DNA of 63,090 nt, filler included, from Kipferlia bialata (lineage: Eukaryota), in assembly GCA_003568945.1 (NCBI GenBank). It is 5 parts of 5 records of this genome, joined end to end, with 100 filler letters (N's around TTAATTAATTAA, not from the genome) between each part and the next. Parts side by side here need not be neighbours in the genome. Positions count along the whole stretch, not along the records: positions 1 to 17,741 come from BDIP01000512.1; positions 17,842 to 35,578 come from BDIP01000513.1; 3 more parts are not named here. One strand, written 5' to 3'. The notes below the pieces were generated by a model. That model was given only the letters and a program-made list of their open reading frames with translations, had not been told where the DNA came from and did no database searches. Shown here piece after piece: positions 12,161-22,770 of the stretch (its first letter is position 1; each line of letters starts with the position of its first letter). Made by a program: the position numbers and the translations under genes.

Positions 12161-15100
12161 TCAGACGAAACCCAAGTCCAGCAGAAGGTTGACGATACCA
12201 GGGAGAACCTCAATAGTTCCCAGGGTGAGGGAAAGCAGTGTCTGAACTACGATCTTGATCGGGTCGTTCACCACTGCATCCTGGATCACACCAATGATGT
12301 TGGCAAGTAGCCATGCCCTTCCGACAGAGCTTGCAAACTTCATACTGTAGAGGAGCATCATAAAACCAACTCCTAACAAGTAGATGAAGGACAGGGCGTA
12401 CCACAGATACGCAAACCCATAAGGCAGGTCTACCAGAGACAGGCTGAGAATGGTACGGTAGAGCCAGTTCCTATCACGTGGAGGGAAGCGCTTCTTCAGA
12501 GCATTGTCCTTGTGCTTCCCAATAGGGCGTGTGTGGGAGAATAGATACCTCAGTAGCATTGAAGGGGGAAGTGCTATGATGGTGGTGCCACACGCTATCA
12601 GGAAGGTCTGCTTGTAGGTGTACGGGACACAGACTACTTCTGAGACCAGCAGGCCCTCCTCCCCAGGTCTGGCCACCCCTGGCTCACAGTCTGCCCTGAA
12701 AAACATAGCAGAGGTGAGGAACAGACCAAAGACAAACACAAAGATGTTTGTGACACGTCTAGGCCCTGTCATGTTTGAGTCCTCACGTGTCTTGTTGAAG
12801 ACTAGTCCCGTCCACTCGTGTCCTGTGTACAGATCCTGCTTGAGCTTGGACCTGAATCGCTGCCAGAATGTCACCGCCTCCCCATCCTGGCATCGCTGCA
12901 TCTTGGCCTTGATGCGCCTCTCAGTCCGCAGCTCTTGGAGATCGAGAGGGAAGCTGGCAGTGGTTGCAGCTGTAGGCTTAGACTTGCTCTCGGCACTGTT
13001 GAATGGGGTGTGAGACACTGCTGAGAGTACCACTGGTTGATCGGTCCACGGGCATCGTATGACGCCAGACTCATCCGACTCACGGTTCCCATCCTCTGTG
13101 TCATCTTCGCTAATCTCCCCGATATCTACATCTGTCACTGACAGAGTGCCAGGGCTAGGCGGTACATCCAGAGGTGTGAAGACTACACTGTGTACAGAGA
13201 CACACGAGGCCGGTTTGTTGGTGGAGCCAGTTGTAGGTTTCCCTGCTTGCATGAACTCCCACTCGGCGTCACCAGCAGTCTGGCCTCCTGCAGTGTCACA
13301 CCCCGGGCTCTGTGCAGTAACGTAACTCTCTAGGGTTTCGTTTCCCACACCAGCCTTCGAGTCCGCTGACTTGAACACTTGGGACCTAAAGAAGGTCGCC
13401 ATGCCATTCTGGAGGTTGTCGAAGCTCAACACAATCATGAGTCCGACATATACAGAGAAGCACACTCCAAGAATGTAAAGTCCCATGGGATTGTCCTCCA
13501 CAGTCGTGAGGAGATCTGGAATCTCCTCAATGTCAATCACGTTCACATCAATGCCATACTGGTGGAAGAATGCCACGAAGGACGTAAAGTGGTCTGTCTC
13601 TGCTAGGATATAGCCAAGGTCGGGGTTGTATGTTTGGGTTGTAATTCCGGACTCAGTCCACTCTGAACCATTCCATGCCTTCAAAAGAAGAGTAGCATTG
13701 AGGGCTGCGCTCATCTCAGGATCAGGCAATGATGTGAGAGGGATCTTGATGGTAACTGGGGCAGCCAGGTCAGCGACGGATACTTCAGTGCCCGAAGTGT
13801 CAATGACTTCAACAGATGTCATGGCTGAGTAGAAGGAAGTGGAGTTGTCTCCCATGAACGGTTCAGGGAGAGAGACAACGGCCACAGAGAGGTCACTGTC
13901 GTACCCCATATGATCCCTAAACGTAGCTGGAAGAGTAATAGTCATGTCACTACCTGGGACTCCCACCTCCTGCTCCACTGACTGTGTGGTCAACGCTTGT
14001 GCACTGAGCTGTATGTGATCAGTCTCTATACTGACCGGTCTCTGTCCCTCAACGAGTCCAGCTGCCACTGATGCAGCCATCTGCTGTACCGCTCCAAACG
14101 CCTGAGCGGCTGACAACGCACTACGCTGGGAACTAATATCATCGCTCCAGACACTGTCGTGGGCGTCAGAGTAGACTGCTGTTGTTGCAGTCACGACACT
14201 GACAACTTCCATGTTCTCGAGGCTCCCACTCTCTGCAAGTCTAGCAACAATGGATGAATAGTAGTCAAGTGGCGCATTGGCCATCTGTGACAAAGCACCA
14301 ACTATCTGAGTCGTGATACTTCGACCTCCAGGCAGAGATAGAATATCGTCCAGGGTGTCTGTAATGTAGTTGGTGTACAATGTCATGTCGTTACTAGACA
14401 ACTCATACTCATTGGCACTGGCACTTTGGCAGAGCACATCAAGAACGTTGAGTGCCTTGGATATGTCAGCCGCCACAACAGCTGCCTTGAAATGGACCTT
14501 CATGGAATCTGCATATGTGTCCATTTCAGTATCAATGCTGACAGTCACACTTGCACTGTCCGTGTAGGACACAGTGGCGCCTTCGGTGTCTGTGACTCTC
14601 ACTCCAAGGCTGTAGAATCCCTCTGGTAGGAAGAGGTCACAAGAGGACTTGTATTCACTCGACGCTAACAGTGTTGTTGCCTCACTGTCGACGTCACTGT
14701 ATGTGAACGAGTACTTGAGAGGACCATTTCCCTCCGGCACTATCCAGTCTATAGCAGTTACTATCAAGGACTCTGTAGCGGCCACCTCATAGGAAGACAC
14801 AGTAAGGTATCCGCCCGAGGGAGAGAGAGTGGGACACACTGTAGTTGTTGCACTGCCAGATGCGCCTAAGGTATCTGTGCAAGACAGCTCGAATGAATAC
14901 TCAAACACTTCTTGCAGTGCCCCAGCCCCTAACACCAAGTGCGGAGTTGCGGTTGAGGTTGAGAGTAACACACGTGGATCATCGAGTGAGAGAGTGGGAC
15001 CAGATGTCTGCTGCCATGCGTATGTGATACTGTCACCAGAAGGAGACACACAATGTCCGTGTAGGGTGATCTGTGAAGAAGCGAAAGTAACTTCAGGAGT

Positions 15101-17740
15101 CACAGTGATGCTACAGTCGACTGCAGCTGTCTCAGTAACATTGATAGTCGCACATGACGTGGATGATGCCGTCCCATCCAGAGAACGGGTGGCTGTGAGG
15201 CAGATATCAAAGGCACCAACATCCATCCCTGCGGTATTGAGACACACAGACTCCCCATTTCCAGCGACAGCAGCCATCTCAACAAGGGTGTCTGGTACAT
15301 TCCACTCCAGGCTGTCGTAGTAGGTGGAGCACGAAGTTGCACAGACTTCTTCTCCAGCCATAATGAAACTGGAGTCCAGTGAAATGCAACTTGTCGGCAG
15401 GTATACTTGGGACACTACATCAATACGGTCCTCTCCATATGCGTCATGTCCGTGGATCCCATACCTCACACGTACAGTCAGTGTATGACTTGATCCTTCG
15501 GCAAACGCACCAGCAGGGATAGCGAGGTGTGACGTGATGGTCCAGTAATCAGTAAGTCCATCAATGTTGTCACAGTTGTCACCAGTACATAACCACATGA
15601 ACTCCAAAGATCCTACGCCCCAAGACAGGTCGTAGAGACTAGAGTGCTCAGCACCAACCACTAAAACAAAGGCATCTTGAGAGACAGTGAGTAGATTTCC
15701 CGCTTGGATGGTGACCTTTGGCACTGAGTCATCGACGATACGGATGGTCTTGGTTGCCGCCGAACTTGAACCGTCGATGCCAGTTATAGTCAACGACACT
15801 TCTAGGTCACTATCTACGGGAAGGTTGGTCTTGTTAGCGTCAAGTACCAGAGAAGACTGGGTCATGTACTTTTCAGTCAGCTCTAGCCTGGCATTGTTCA
15901 GTGATGGTACCACAATGGTCCACTTGTATGACACCGGTGGCTTTGTCTCTGTATGCGCGGCGTATAGAGACATGGTCCCGGACAACGCAAATGTAGCAGC
16001 TCCAAGAATAGATGCCTCCGGTATGTTTAGAGATACTGGCCCTTGGATAGCAATTGAAAGAGGTCCCGAGAGGTATGCACCGTACTGGTTGGAATCCAGT
16101 TCAACTGGTGACTCTACTTGAGGCAAGGCACGTAATGGCTCCAGGAGAGTGACCGCAGTGCCGTCCTCAAAGGCCGAGAGGTAAGCTTCTTGCTCGCTTC
16201 CAAGCACTATCGTAACTGCAGTTCCAACACTCCGTTGGTTCGAAATCTGTGTCAAGAGACACCGTGGATTCGTGCCAAGGGTTGATACGTCAGATAGAAG
16301 CTCAGCACAGGGTACATTTCCAACAGTGGTGTCCAGAGTAAGACCAGGCAGTGAGAGTGTGATGTGACCCATTGTGTTATACCACTGACCAGTAGCTGAT
16401 GTAGGCATGACACATACGATCACAGTGTCGCTAGTTTCGTGACCGTAGCTGTTCAGTGCAGTGATCTCAATATTGAACCACATGTCCTCAATGAGAGAGT
16501 ACTCGGTCGCCAAGTACAACTCAATACTGTACAGAGCCGTGTTGATGTCTTCTAAAACACCCTCGCACTCAAGAGTTGTTATCCTACTTGTGGTGTCAAG
16601 ACAGATTGATACATTGTCTTGCACAGTATCTGATATGGCCAACGCAACCCCATTGTCCACCATATCTTCAGAATTTGAAAGATATTCGGGTATGGACAAT
16701 GTCACTGTGAGTGTTTCAGCAGCATCCCTATGTGCTAACAGAGGAATAACGTGCATGTATGCATGTTCATGGACAAACAGAGAGCCATCGTAGTTGATGA
16801 ACGTCGGAGGCTCTGGAATCATTGTGACTTGAATAGTAACGGTTACGGGGTCCCAGTTTCCATGAACACTGTCTAGAACAGCCACTGTCAAGTAATCAGC
16901 GCCAATGAAGTCAGCTGCTGGTGTGTAAGTGACTTGATTCAGGGTTGTCGACAACCTGCCTGCAGATCCTGTCAAGCAACAGCTCTCTCCTGCAGCTACA
17001 CAGTAACCATCGGGAGGACACAGCGACCCACAATCCACAGTGAGACATGCCTCCAGAGTCTCAGAACCAAACGGTGAATGACTCAGTCTAAGTCCTGTCA
17101 ACACCAGGTCGTCACCCTCTTCAAGTGTCAAGCCCGTGGTTGATACCACTTCTGTGATGTAAGGAACCACAGTTAGGGTTGTTTCTGTTCCAAGCACGGT
17201 GTTCTCATTGTAGAGAAGGACCAATGTGTATTCACCACAGAGAGTGAAGATAGAAGCAAGAGTCGATGGTTCATCTACAGTCGTGTAGTACTGTCCTGCA
17301 AGGTGTGTAAGCTCCAAGATGTCAGGTCCAACGTAGGAGACATCATCGCTGGTAACTCGTATACCAAGGCTTCCTGCAGTGACGCTGTTGCTGTACTGGT
17401 CGAAAACGATTGCGGAAATGTACAAATCGGCACTTGTCACGTGACAAGAGAGGTCAGATGACGAGAATATCGACGACGATATTCCATTAGGGGATCCGAA
17501 CCCAACAACAAAAGTCGACTCAGTTGCTGGGTAGGCAGTGCCATCCACACTCAGCTCCACGGTGTATGTACCGGTTGCTGTGACAGCTGTAGTGTCACAG
17601 GTGTACTTGGACACACCTCCGTCGTATGAGAGAGCATGGGACTCAACAAGAGCGGCGCTCGAGTCATAGATGTTGACTGCTACCGTGTAGCCACTGGATA
17701 TGGCATTCCCACACGCATCAGCCAGAGTGGCAGATAGAGT
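12161..17740 (-). CDS. Large intronless surface receptor, polycystin-1/REJ-like (Ig-like repeats, PKD/REJ region, GPS-like motif, about 6 TM segments); 5'-truncated by contig end
   Basis: The 1817-aa ORF stays open to the contig end (TLSATLADACGN...). It has REJ/PKD-like motifs (SITYAWQQTSGPTL, YSFELSCTD, PSGGYLTV..A.DW...PLKYSF), GPS-like AWNGSEWTESG...ETDHFTSF then a TM, and a PKD1-like HEW..F...RVT..F TM block. Confidence 0.8.
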   Translation of the reverse strand, partial: TLSATLADACGNAISSGYTVAVNIYDSSAALVESHALSYDGGVSKYTCDTTAVTATGTYTVELSVDGTAYPATESTFVVGFGSPNGISSSIFSSSDLSCHVTSADLYISAIVFDQYSNSVTAGSLGIRVTSDDVSYVGPDILELTHLAGQYYTTVDEPSTLASIFTLCGEYTLVLLYNENTVLGTETTLTVVPYITEVVSTTGLTLEEGDDLVLTGLRLSHSPFGSETLEACLTVDCGSLCPPDGYCVAAGESCCLTGSAGRLSTTLNQVTYTPAADFIGADYLTVAVLDSVHGNWDPVTVTIQVTMIPEPPTFINYDGSLFVHEHAYMHVIPLLAHRDAAETLTVTLSIPEYLSNSEDMVDNGVALAISDTVQDNVSICLDTTSRITTLECEGVLEDINTALYSIELYLATEYSLIEDMWFNIEITALNSYGHETSDTVIVCVMPTSATGQWYNTMGHITLSLPGLTLDTTVGNVPCAELLSDVSTLGTNPRCLLTQISNQRSVGTAVTIVLGSEQEAYLSAFEDGTAVTLLEPLRALPQVESPVELDSNQYGAYLSGPLSIAIQGPVSLNIPEASILGAATFALSGTMSLYAAHTETKPPVSYKWTIVVPSLNNARLELTEKYMTQSSLVLDANKTNLPVDSDLEVSLTITGIDGSSSAATKTIRIVDDSVPKVTIQAGNLLTVSQDAFVLVVGAEHSSLYDLSWGVGSLEFMWLCTGDNCDNIDGLTDYWTITSHLAIPAGAFAEGSSHTLTVRVRYGIHGHDAYGEDRIDVVSQVYLPTSCISLDSSFIMAGEEVCATSCSTYYDSLEWNVPDTLVEMAAVAGNGESVCLNTAGMDVGAFDICLTATRSLDGTASSTSCATINVTETAAVDCSITVTPEVTFASSQITLHGHCVSPSGDSITYAWQQTSGPTLSLDDPRVLLSTSTATPHLVLGAGALQEVFEYSFELSCTDTLGASGSATTTVCPTLSPSGGYLTVSSYEVAATESLIVTAIDWIVPEGNGPLKYSFTYSDVDSEATTLLASSEYKSSCDLFLPEGFYSLGVRVTDTEGATVSYTDSASVTVSIDTEMDTYADSMKVHFKAAVVAADISKALNVLDVLCQSASANEYELSSNDMTLYTNYITDTLDDILSLPGGRSITTQIVGALSQMANAPLDYYSSIVARLAESGSLENMEVVSVVTATTAVYSDAHDSVWSDDISSQRSALSAAQAFGAVQQMAASVAAGLVEGQRPVSIETDHIQLSAQALTTQSVEQEVGVPGSDMTITLPATFRDHMGYDSDLSVAVVSLPEPFMGDNSTSFYSAMTSVEVIDTSGTEVSVADLAAPVTIKIPLTSLPDPEMSAALNATLLLKAWNGSEWTESGITTQTYNPDLGYILAETDHFTSFVAFFHQYGIDVNVIDIEEIPDLLTTVEDNPMGLYILGVCFSVYVGLMIVLSFDNLQNGMATFFRSQVFKSADSKAGVGNETLESYVTAQSPGCDTAGGQTAGDAEWEFMQAGKPTTGSTNKPASCVSVHSVVFTPLDVPPSPGTLSVTDVDIGEISEDDTEDGNRESDESGVIRCPWTDQPVVLSAVSHTPFNSAESKSKPTAATTASFPLDLQELRTERRIKAKMQRCQDGEAVTFWQRFRSKLKQDLYTGHEWTGLVFNKTREDSNMTGPRRVTNIFVFVFGLFLTSAMFFRADCEPGVARPGEEGLLVSEVVCVPYTYKQTFLIACGTTIIALPPSMLLRYLFSHTRPIGKHKDNALKKRFPPRDRNWLYRTILSLSLVDLPYGFAYLWYALSFIYLLGVGFMMLLYSMKFASSVGRAWLLANIIGVIQDAVVNDPIKIVVQTLLSLTLGTIEVLPGIVNLLLDLGFV

Positions 17741-17741
17741 G

Positions 17742-17841
17742 NNNNNNNNNNNNNNNNNNNNNNNNNNNNNNNNNNNNNNNNNNNNTTAATTAATTAANNN
17801 NNNNNNNNNNNNNNNNNNNNNNNNNNNNNNNNNNNNNNNNN
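17742..17841. other. Artificial contig-joining spacer
   Basis: 44 N + TTAATTAATTAA (stops in all frames) + 44 N. Confidence 0.97.
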
Positions 17842-18179
17842 TAAATAAGAAGCTGCCCTCTCCCCCCCCCCCCCCCCCCCCCTCCCTCTTCACTCCAGTC
17901 TCACTTTCACTTTCCATTGAATCATTCGCTAACCTGGATCTCTCGTCTCTCACACTCTCTCAACCAATGTATATGTTCATTTACATATCACCAAGAGTAG
18001 ATATTATGGGAATACTATTGTCTCTCTCTCCACCCCCTTGTTACCAGACTCTCTGTCCCTAGCTCAGGAGTATATGTATTCTCTCCCCTTCTCTCTATAT
18101 GTCCTCTTCTCTCTCATTCTCTCTCTCTCCCTACACCCTAATTACCAGACTCTCTGTCCCTAGCTCAGGAGTGGATGTA

Positions 18180-18217
<38 letters not shown>

Positions 18218-18233
18218 ACACCCTTATCACCAG

Positions 18234-21200
18234 GCTCTCTGTCCCTAGCTCAGGAGTGGATGTGGTGTACACTTGGGTCAATGGTACGTCTCTCTCTCTC
18301 TCTCTCTCTCTTCACCCTTATTGGTGGGTCAATGGTATGCATAGTTTCTACCTCTCTCTCTCTCCCCTACTATACTCTGTCCACAACGTACTAACCCTGT
18401 GCAGCTAATCTCTCTCCCCCCCCCTCTCTCTCCCTCTACACCCTTATTTCAGACACTGACCCTGTCCACAAGACTTCACTCTCTCTCTCTCTCTCTCCCC
18501 CCCTCTACACCCTCATTTCCAGGCACTGACCCTGTCCACAAGGCACTGAGGGATCAGTACATGGCATCAGACCCACCCACTAAGGTATTCGTTCGTATGC
18601 ATTTATGTATAGAGGGAGAGAGAGGGGGGGGGAGAGAGGGAGGGATCAATACGTCAGTCCCACCAACCAAGGTATATACGCGATTATATATTGTATACAT
18701 TGTTTTACTGAGGGGGGGAGAGAGATCAGGACATGACATCAGATCCACCCTATAAGCATATAGTGTTAAGATTCTCTTGACGCGTTATTGTCGAAGTATA
18801 CTCTCTCTTCTACTAGACCCTTACACTAGGTTGTCATCGAAAGACTGGTGGCATCGTCGAAACTCTCTCTCTCTCTCTCTCTCTCTCCTTAGACCCTTAT
18901 TCTAGGTTGTTATTGAGAGACTGGTGGCAGAGTTGGATGGTGAGGTCATCGAGACTGTGAGTGAAGGGGAGGGAGAGGGAGAGGGAGAGGGAGAGGCTGA
19001 GCTGAACAGATGGGCAGAGCACGATGAACTGAGGTATATTTCTATATCCATACACCCAGATATAGAATGAGTGCAGACACCTATATGCTTAGCTTTTGTA
19101 TATGCGGGCAGAGATAGAGTTGAACAGATGGGCAGGGCACGATGAACTGAGGTATGCATACATGTATATATACACATATATACATTCTCATTTAGTTGTA
19201 GTGCCGACTATAACTATATCTAAACTAGCTTTGTATAGTCAGATATTGAATGAACTGAACAGATGGGCAGAGCACGATGAACTGAGGTATATATACATGT
19301 ATACACACACACATATATGTATACATATGTATATATATGTATACACATATATATACACATATTAGTTGAACCGATGGGCAGAGCACGATGAACTGAGGTA
19401 TGCATACACATATAAACATATAATGCATTAGTACAGATTCTTTCTATCTATATATACTATCATTGTATATTCAGGTATTGAATGAACTGAAGAGATTGGC
19501 AGAACATGATGAACTGAGGTGGGTTAGTCTTTCCTCTCTCTCTCCCTCTACACCCTTATTGTCAGAGCACGATGAACTCAGGTGTGTATGTCTATTCCCC
19601 CCCCTCTCTCTCTGTCTGCAGCCTTCTGATCAGTGTCTACCCTCATTCTCTCTCCATCTACACACTTAATGTCAGGTACTCTCTCAGGAGTGTGGAGAGT
19701 CTCTGTCCAATGTGCGGCACAGTCAGAATAGGTATATGTAATAGCAGTAGTACATAATCTATAGTACATTTGTATATGTTAGTGCATGTATATCTATGAG
19801 TCTCTGTCCAATGTGCGGCACAGTCAGAATAGGTATGGTGTCAAATTGTTTCATTTCTATACACCAAATGGTATATATGTGTGTATATATGTATATATAT
19901 ATAGGTATAATACTTATATATAATAAGTGTATGTGTTCCATTGAGTGTCCAATGTGCGTATAGTCAGAATAGGGACATGATGACCTCCATATGTAAATAC
20001 ATATGAGTGCTGAATATTTGTAACTCTCTCTCTAGCCCTCAGTGACCATGGACCAGATTCCCTCCTGGCTTAATTAAATATATATATATCTATATTGAGT
20101 ATATACATTCATTGTATGTTAATTGAATACTCATTTTATAATAATATCATATATAAACAATTTAACCTGACACTCTTCATCTATGCTTGGAATCAATACA
20201 TTGTATAACTACATATGTGTACATATGTATACATTTCTAACCCCTTAGTCACCATGGACCAGATATTCTCCAAGCACATCTACCACCCTTCATATATATG
20301 GCGATACCTCAATGTATACTGCAATATATATATATATATATGTGTTTGTTCTTATTCTCACCCTTCAGTCACCATGGACCAGATCCCCTCCTGGCTCAAC
20401 CTGACCAACGACAACCTGGCAATGATAGACCACAAGGTACGCAACAGAAACATGGCACCTCATAACCATCTCTCTCTTAGTCATTTATCTCCTAAATGGC
20501 AGATTTCCATAGGTTGTACGTCGGTAGTGACACCTTTCTCTCTCTATCTCTCTCTCTCTCTGACCCCCTTAGGACATATACGCACAGTGGCTGGAGACCT
20601 ACCTCACTCCTGAAGAGGAGCGTTTGGCCGTCTCAGCGTCTCAGCGTCTTGCTGAGTACCTCCCCTCCTTCTCCTCCCCCTCCATCGAGACCCCCCTCCA
20701 TCTGATACCATCACTGTCCGAGGCATACCTGTACTCCAATGATGACATGATGTTTGGGAGTGAGGTATGTACATATGTATATATATATATACATATATAT
20801 AGAGAGAGAGAGATACCATCACTGTCAGTGGCGTCTCTCTATTCCACTGATGATGTTGTGATGTTTGGATCAGAATTATGTCTGTATTGATGTTGGGTTA
20901 TACTTCAAATGATCTTCCATATTGCAATTGACCATCTCTAATTCCAATGAATATGCCTTATTCTATTGAATAGGTCTCCCCCTCTGACTATGTGGACAGG
21001 GGCAGACCTGTCCTATATGTATATATACTAGCTATTCTAATGATCTCTATAGCATATTCCAATGACTAGATCTCTGAGTCTGACTATATATATATCTAAT
21101 GACTAGGTCTCTCCCTCTGACTATGTGGACAGGGGCAGACCCATCCTGTACTCTGAGTGGCAGACACCCAGATGCGCAGAGGTATATATGTGCATAGTAT

Positions 21201-21953
21201 CATGTATTTATATGTGTGGTTTCCACTCTGTTGTTCTCCCTCCACACCGTCACTCTCCCCCTCAGGTCCTTTAACATCAGTATCAGTATCAGTGTCAGCA
21301 GATACTGAACATACCCCAGTCCTGCACTCTGGGGCTCTCCTTGTACACCCCTATCTCTCCCTCTACACCCTCTACTCACCCCAGTCCTGTAAGTCTCTTA
21401 TCTCTCTCNNNNNNNNNNNNNNNNNNNNNNNNNNNNNNNNNNNGTAAGTCTCTTATCTCTCTCTCCCTCTACACCCTCTACTCACCCCAGTCCTGTAAAT
21501 CTCTTATCTCTCCCCCTCTACACCCTTTTCTCACCCCCAGTCCTATAAATCTCTTATATCTCTCCATCTACACCCCTATCTCTCTCCCCCTACACCCTCT
21601 ACTCACCCCAGTCTTATACTCCCCTATCTCCCCCTCTACACCCTTTTCTCACCCCCAGTCCTGTAACGAGGCCATGATGGACGGGACTACCTGCATACAG
21701 GTACAAGAGCACTATATATATATTACAATATAATAGTATAATAGTAGAATTATTACAATGTAATAATGTAAATATCTAGTGAATTATGTTATACAACGCT
21801 TAATGCAATATGATCACTATATACATATGAATAGGTGTGATGCCATGATGGACGGGACTGCCTGTATGCAGGTAGACTTACATAGATATGGCTGACGTGT
21901 ATACATATATGCCTACACATTGTGTAACTGGACCTATTCGCATTTGAATGCCA

Positions 21954-21996
<43 letters not shown>

Positions 21997-22533
21997 GTAT
22001 GTATATATACATACCGCGGCCAAGATGGACGGTACTCCATGAATATGTATATGATGAGTATTGTGTAAATATATATGAATAGTCATTTGATTAACCCCAG
22101 CAATGCAATACCACTGCCTGTGGCTACAGTGCAGGGGCATACTTATATATACTTAAGTATATATATATATGATACATAATGTATATATACATGCTATAGT
22201 CATTGATATCAGCAATGCAACACCACTGCCTGTGGCTACAGTGCAGGGGCATATATATAAACATCAGTATATATAAATATGATAAATAATGTATATATTC
22301 ATGTATAACTAATGTATTAACACTAGCAATGCAACACCACTGCCTGTGGGTACAGTGCAGGGGCATGTCTACCAAAGGGGGCTAGTGGTGAAGAGGCAGA
22401 GGAGGACTCTACGATTGATTCTCCGATCAATTCCACGATCAATTCTCCGGTTATGGGCAGGACTGGCAGGGTACAGTCACTGAGAGATGCACCCAGGAGG
22501 AAGTACTGCGTGGAGGTATAGTATAAATATACT

Positions 22534-22568
<35 letters not shown>

Positions 22569-22736
22569 ATATGTATATGTATAGTGTATATATACACTCT
22601 CTGAGAGATACACCCAGGAGGAAGTACTGCGTGGAGGTACCTAGCTGTCTCCAATATCGGACACCTGTTTCTCTCTACATTTTCTATCTCTAGACTCTCT
22701 TAGTATATACCATCTAGGGCTGCAGTCCCCCTGTTA

Positions 22737-22770
<34 letters not shown>

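Noticed and set aside
12210..16793. Short overlapping and antisense ORFs within the 1817-aa ORF (likewise within 54758-59271)
   Set aside because: They are shadow ORFs with no recognisable motifs.
17786..17797. TTAATTAATTAA palindrome recurring four times inside N runs
   Set aside because: It has an identical 44N-12-44N layout each time, so it is a synthetic contig linker.
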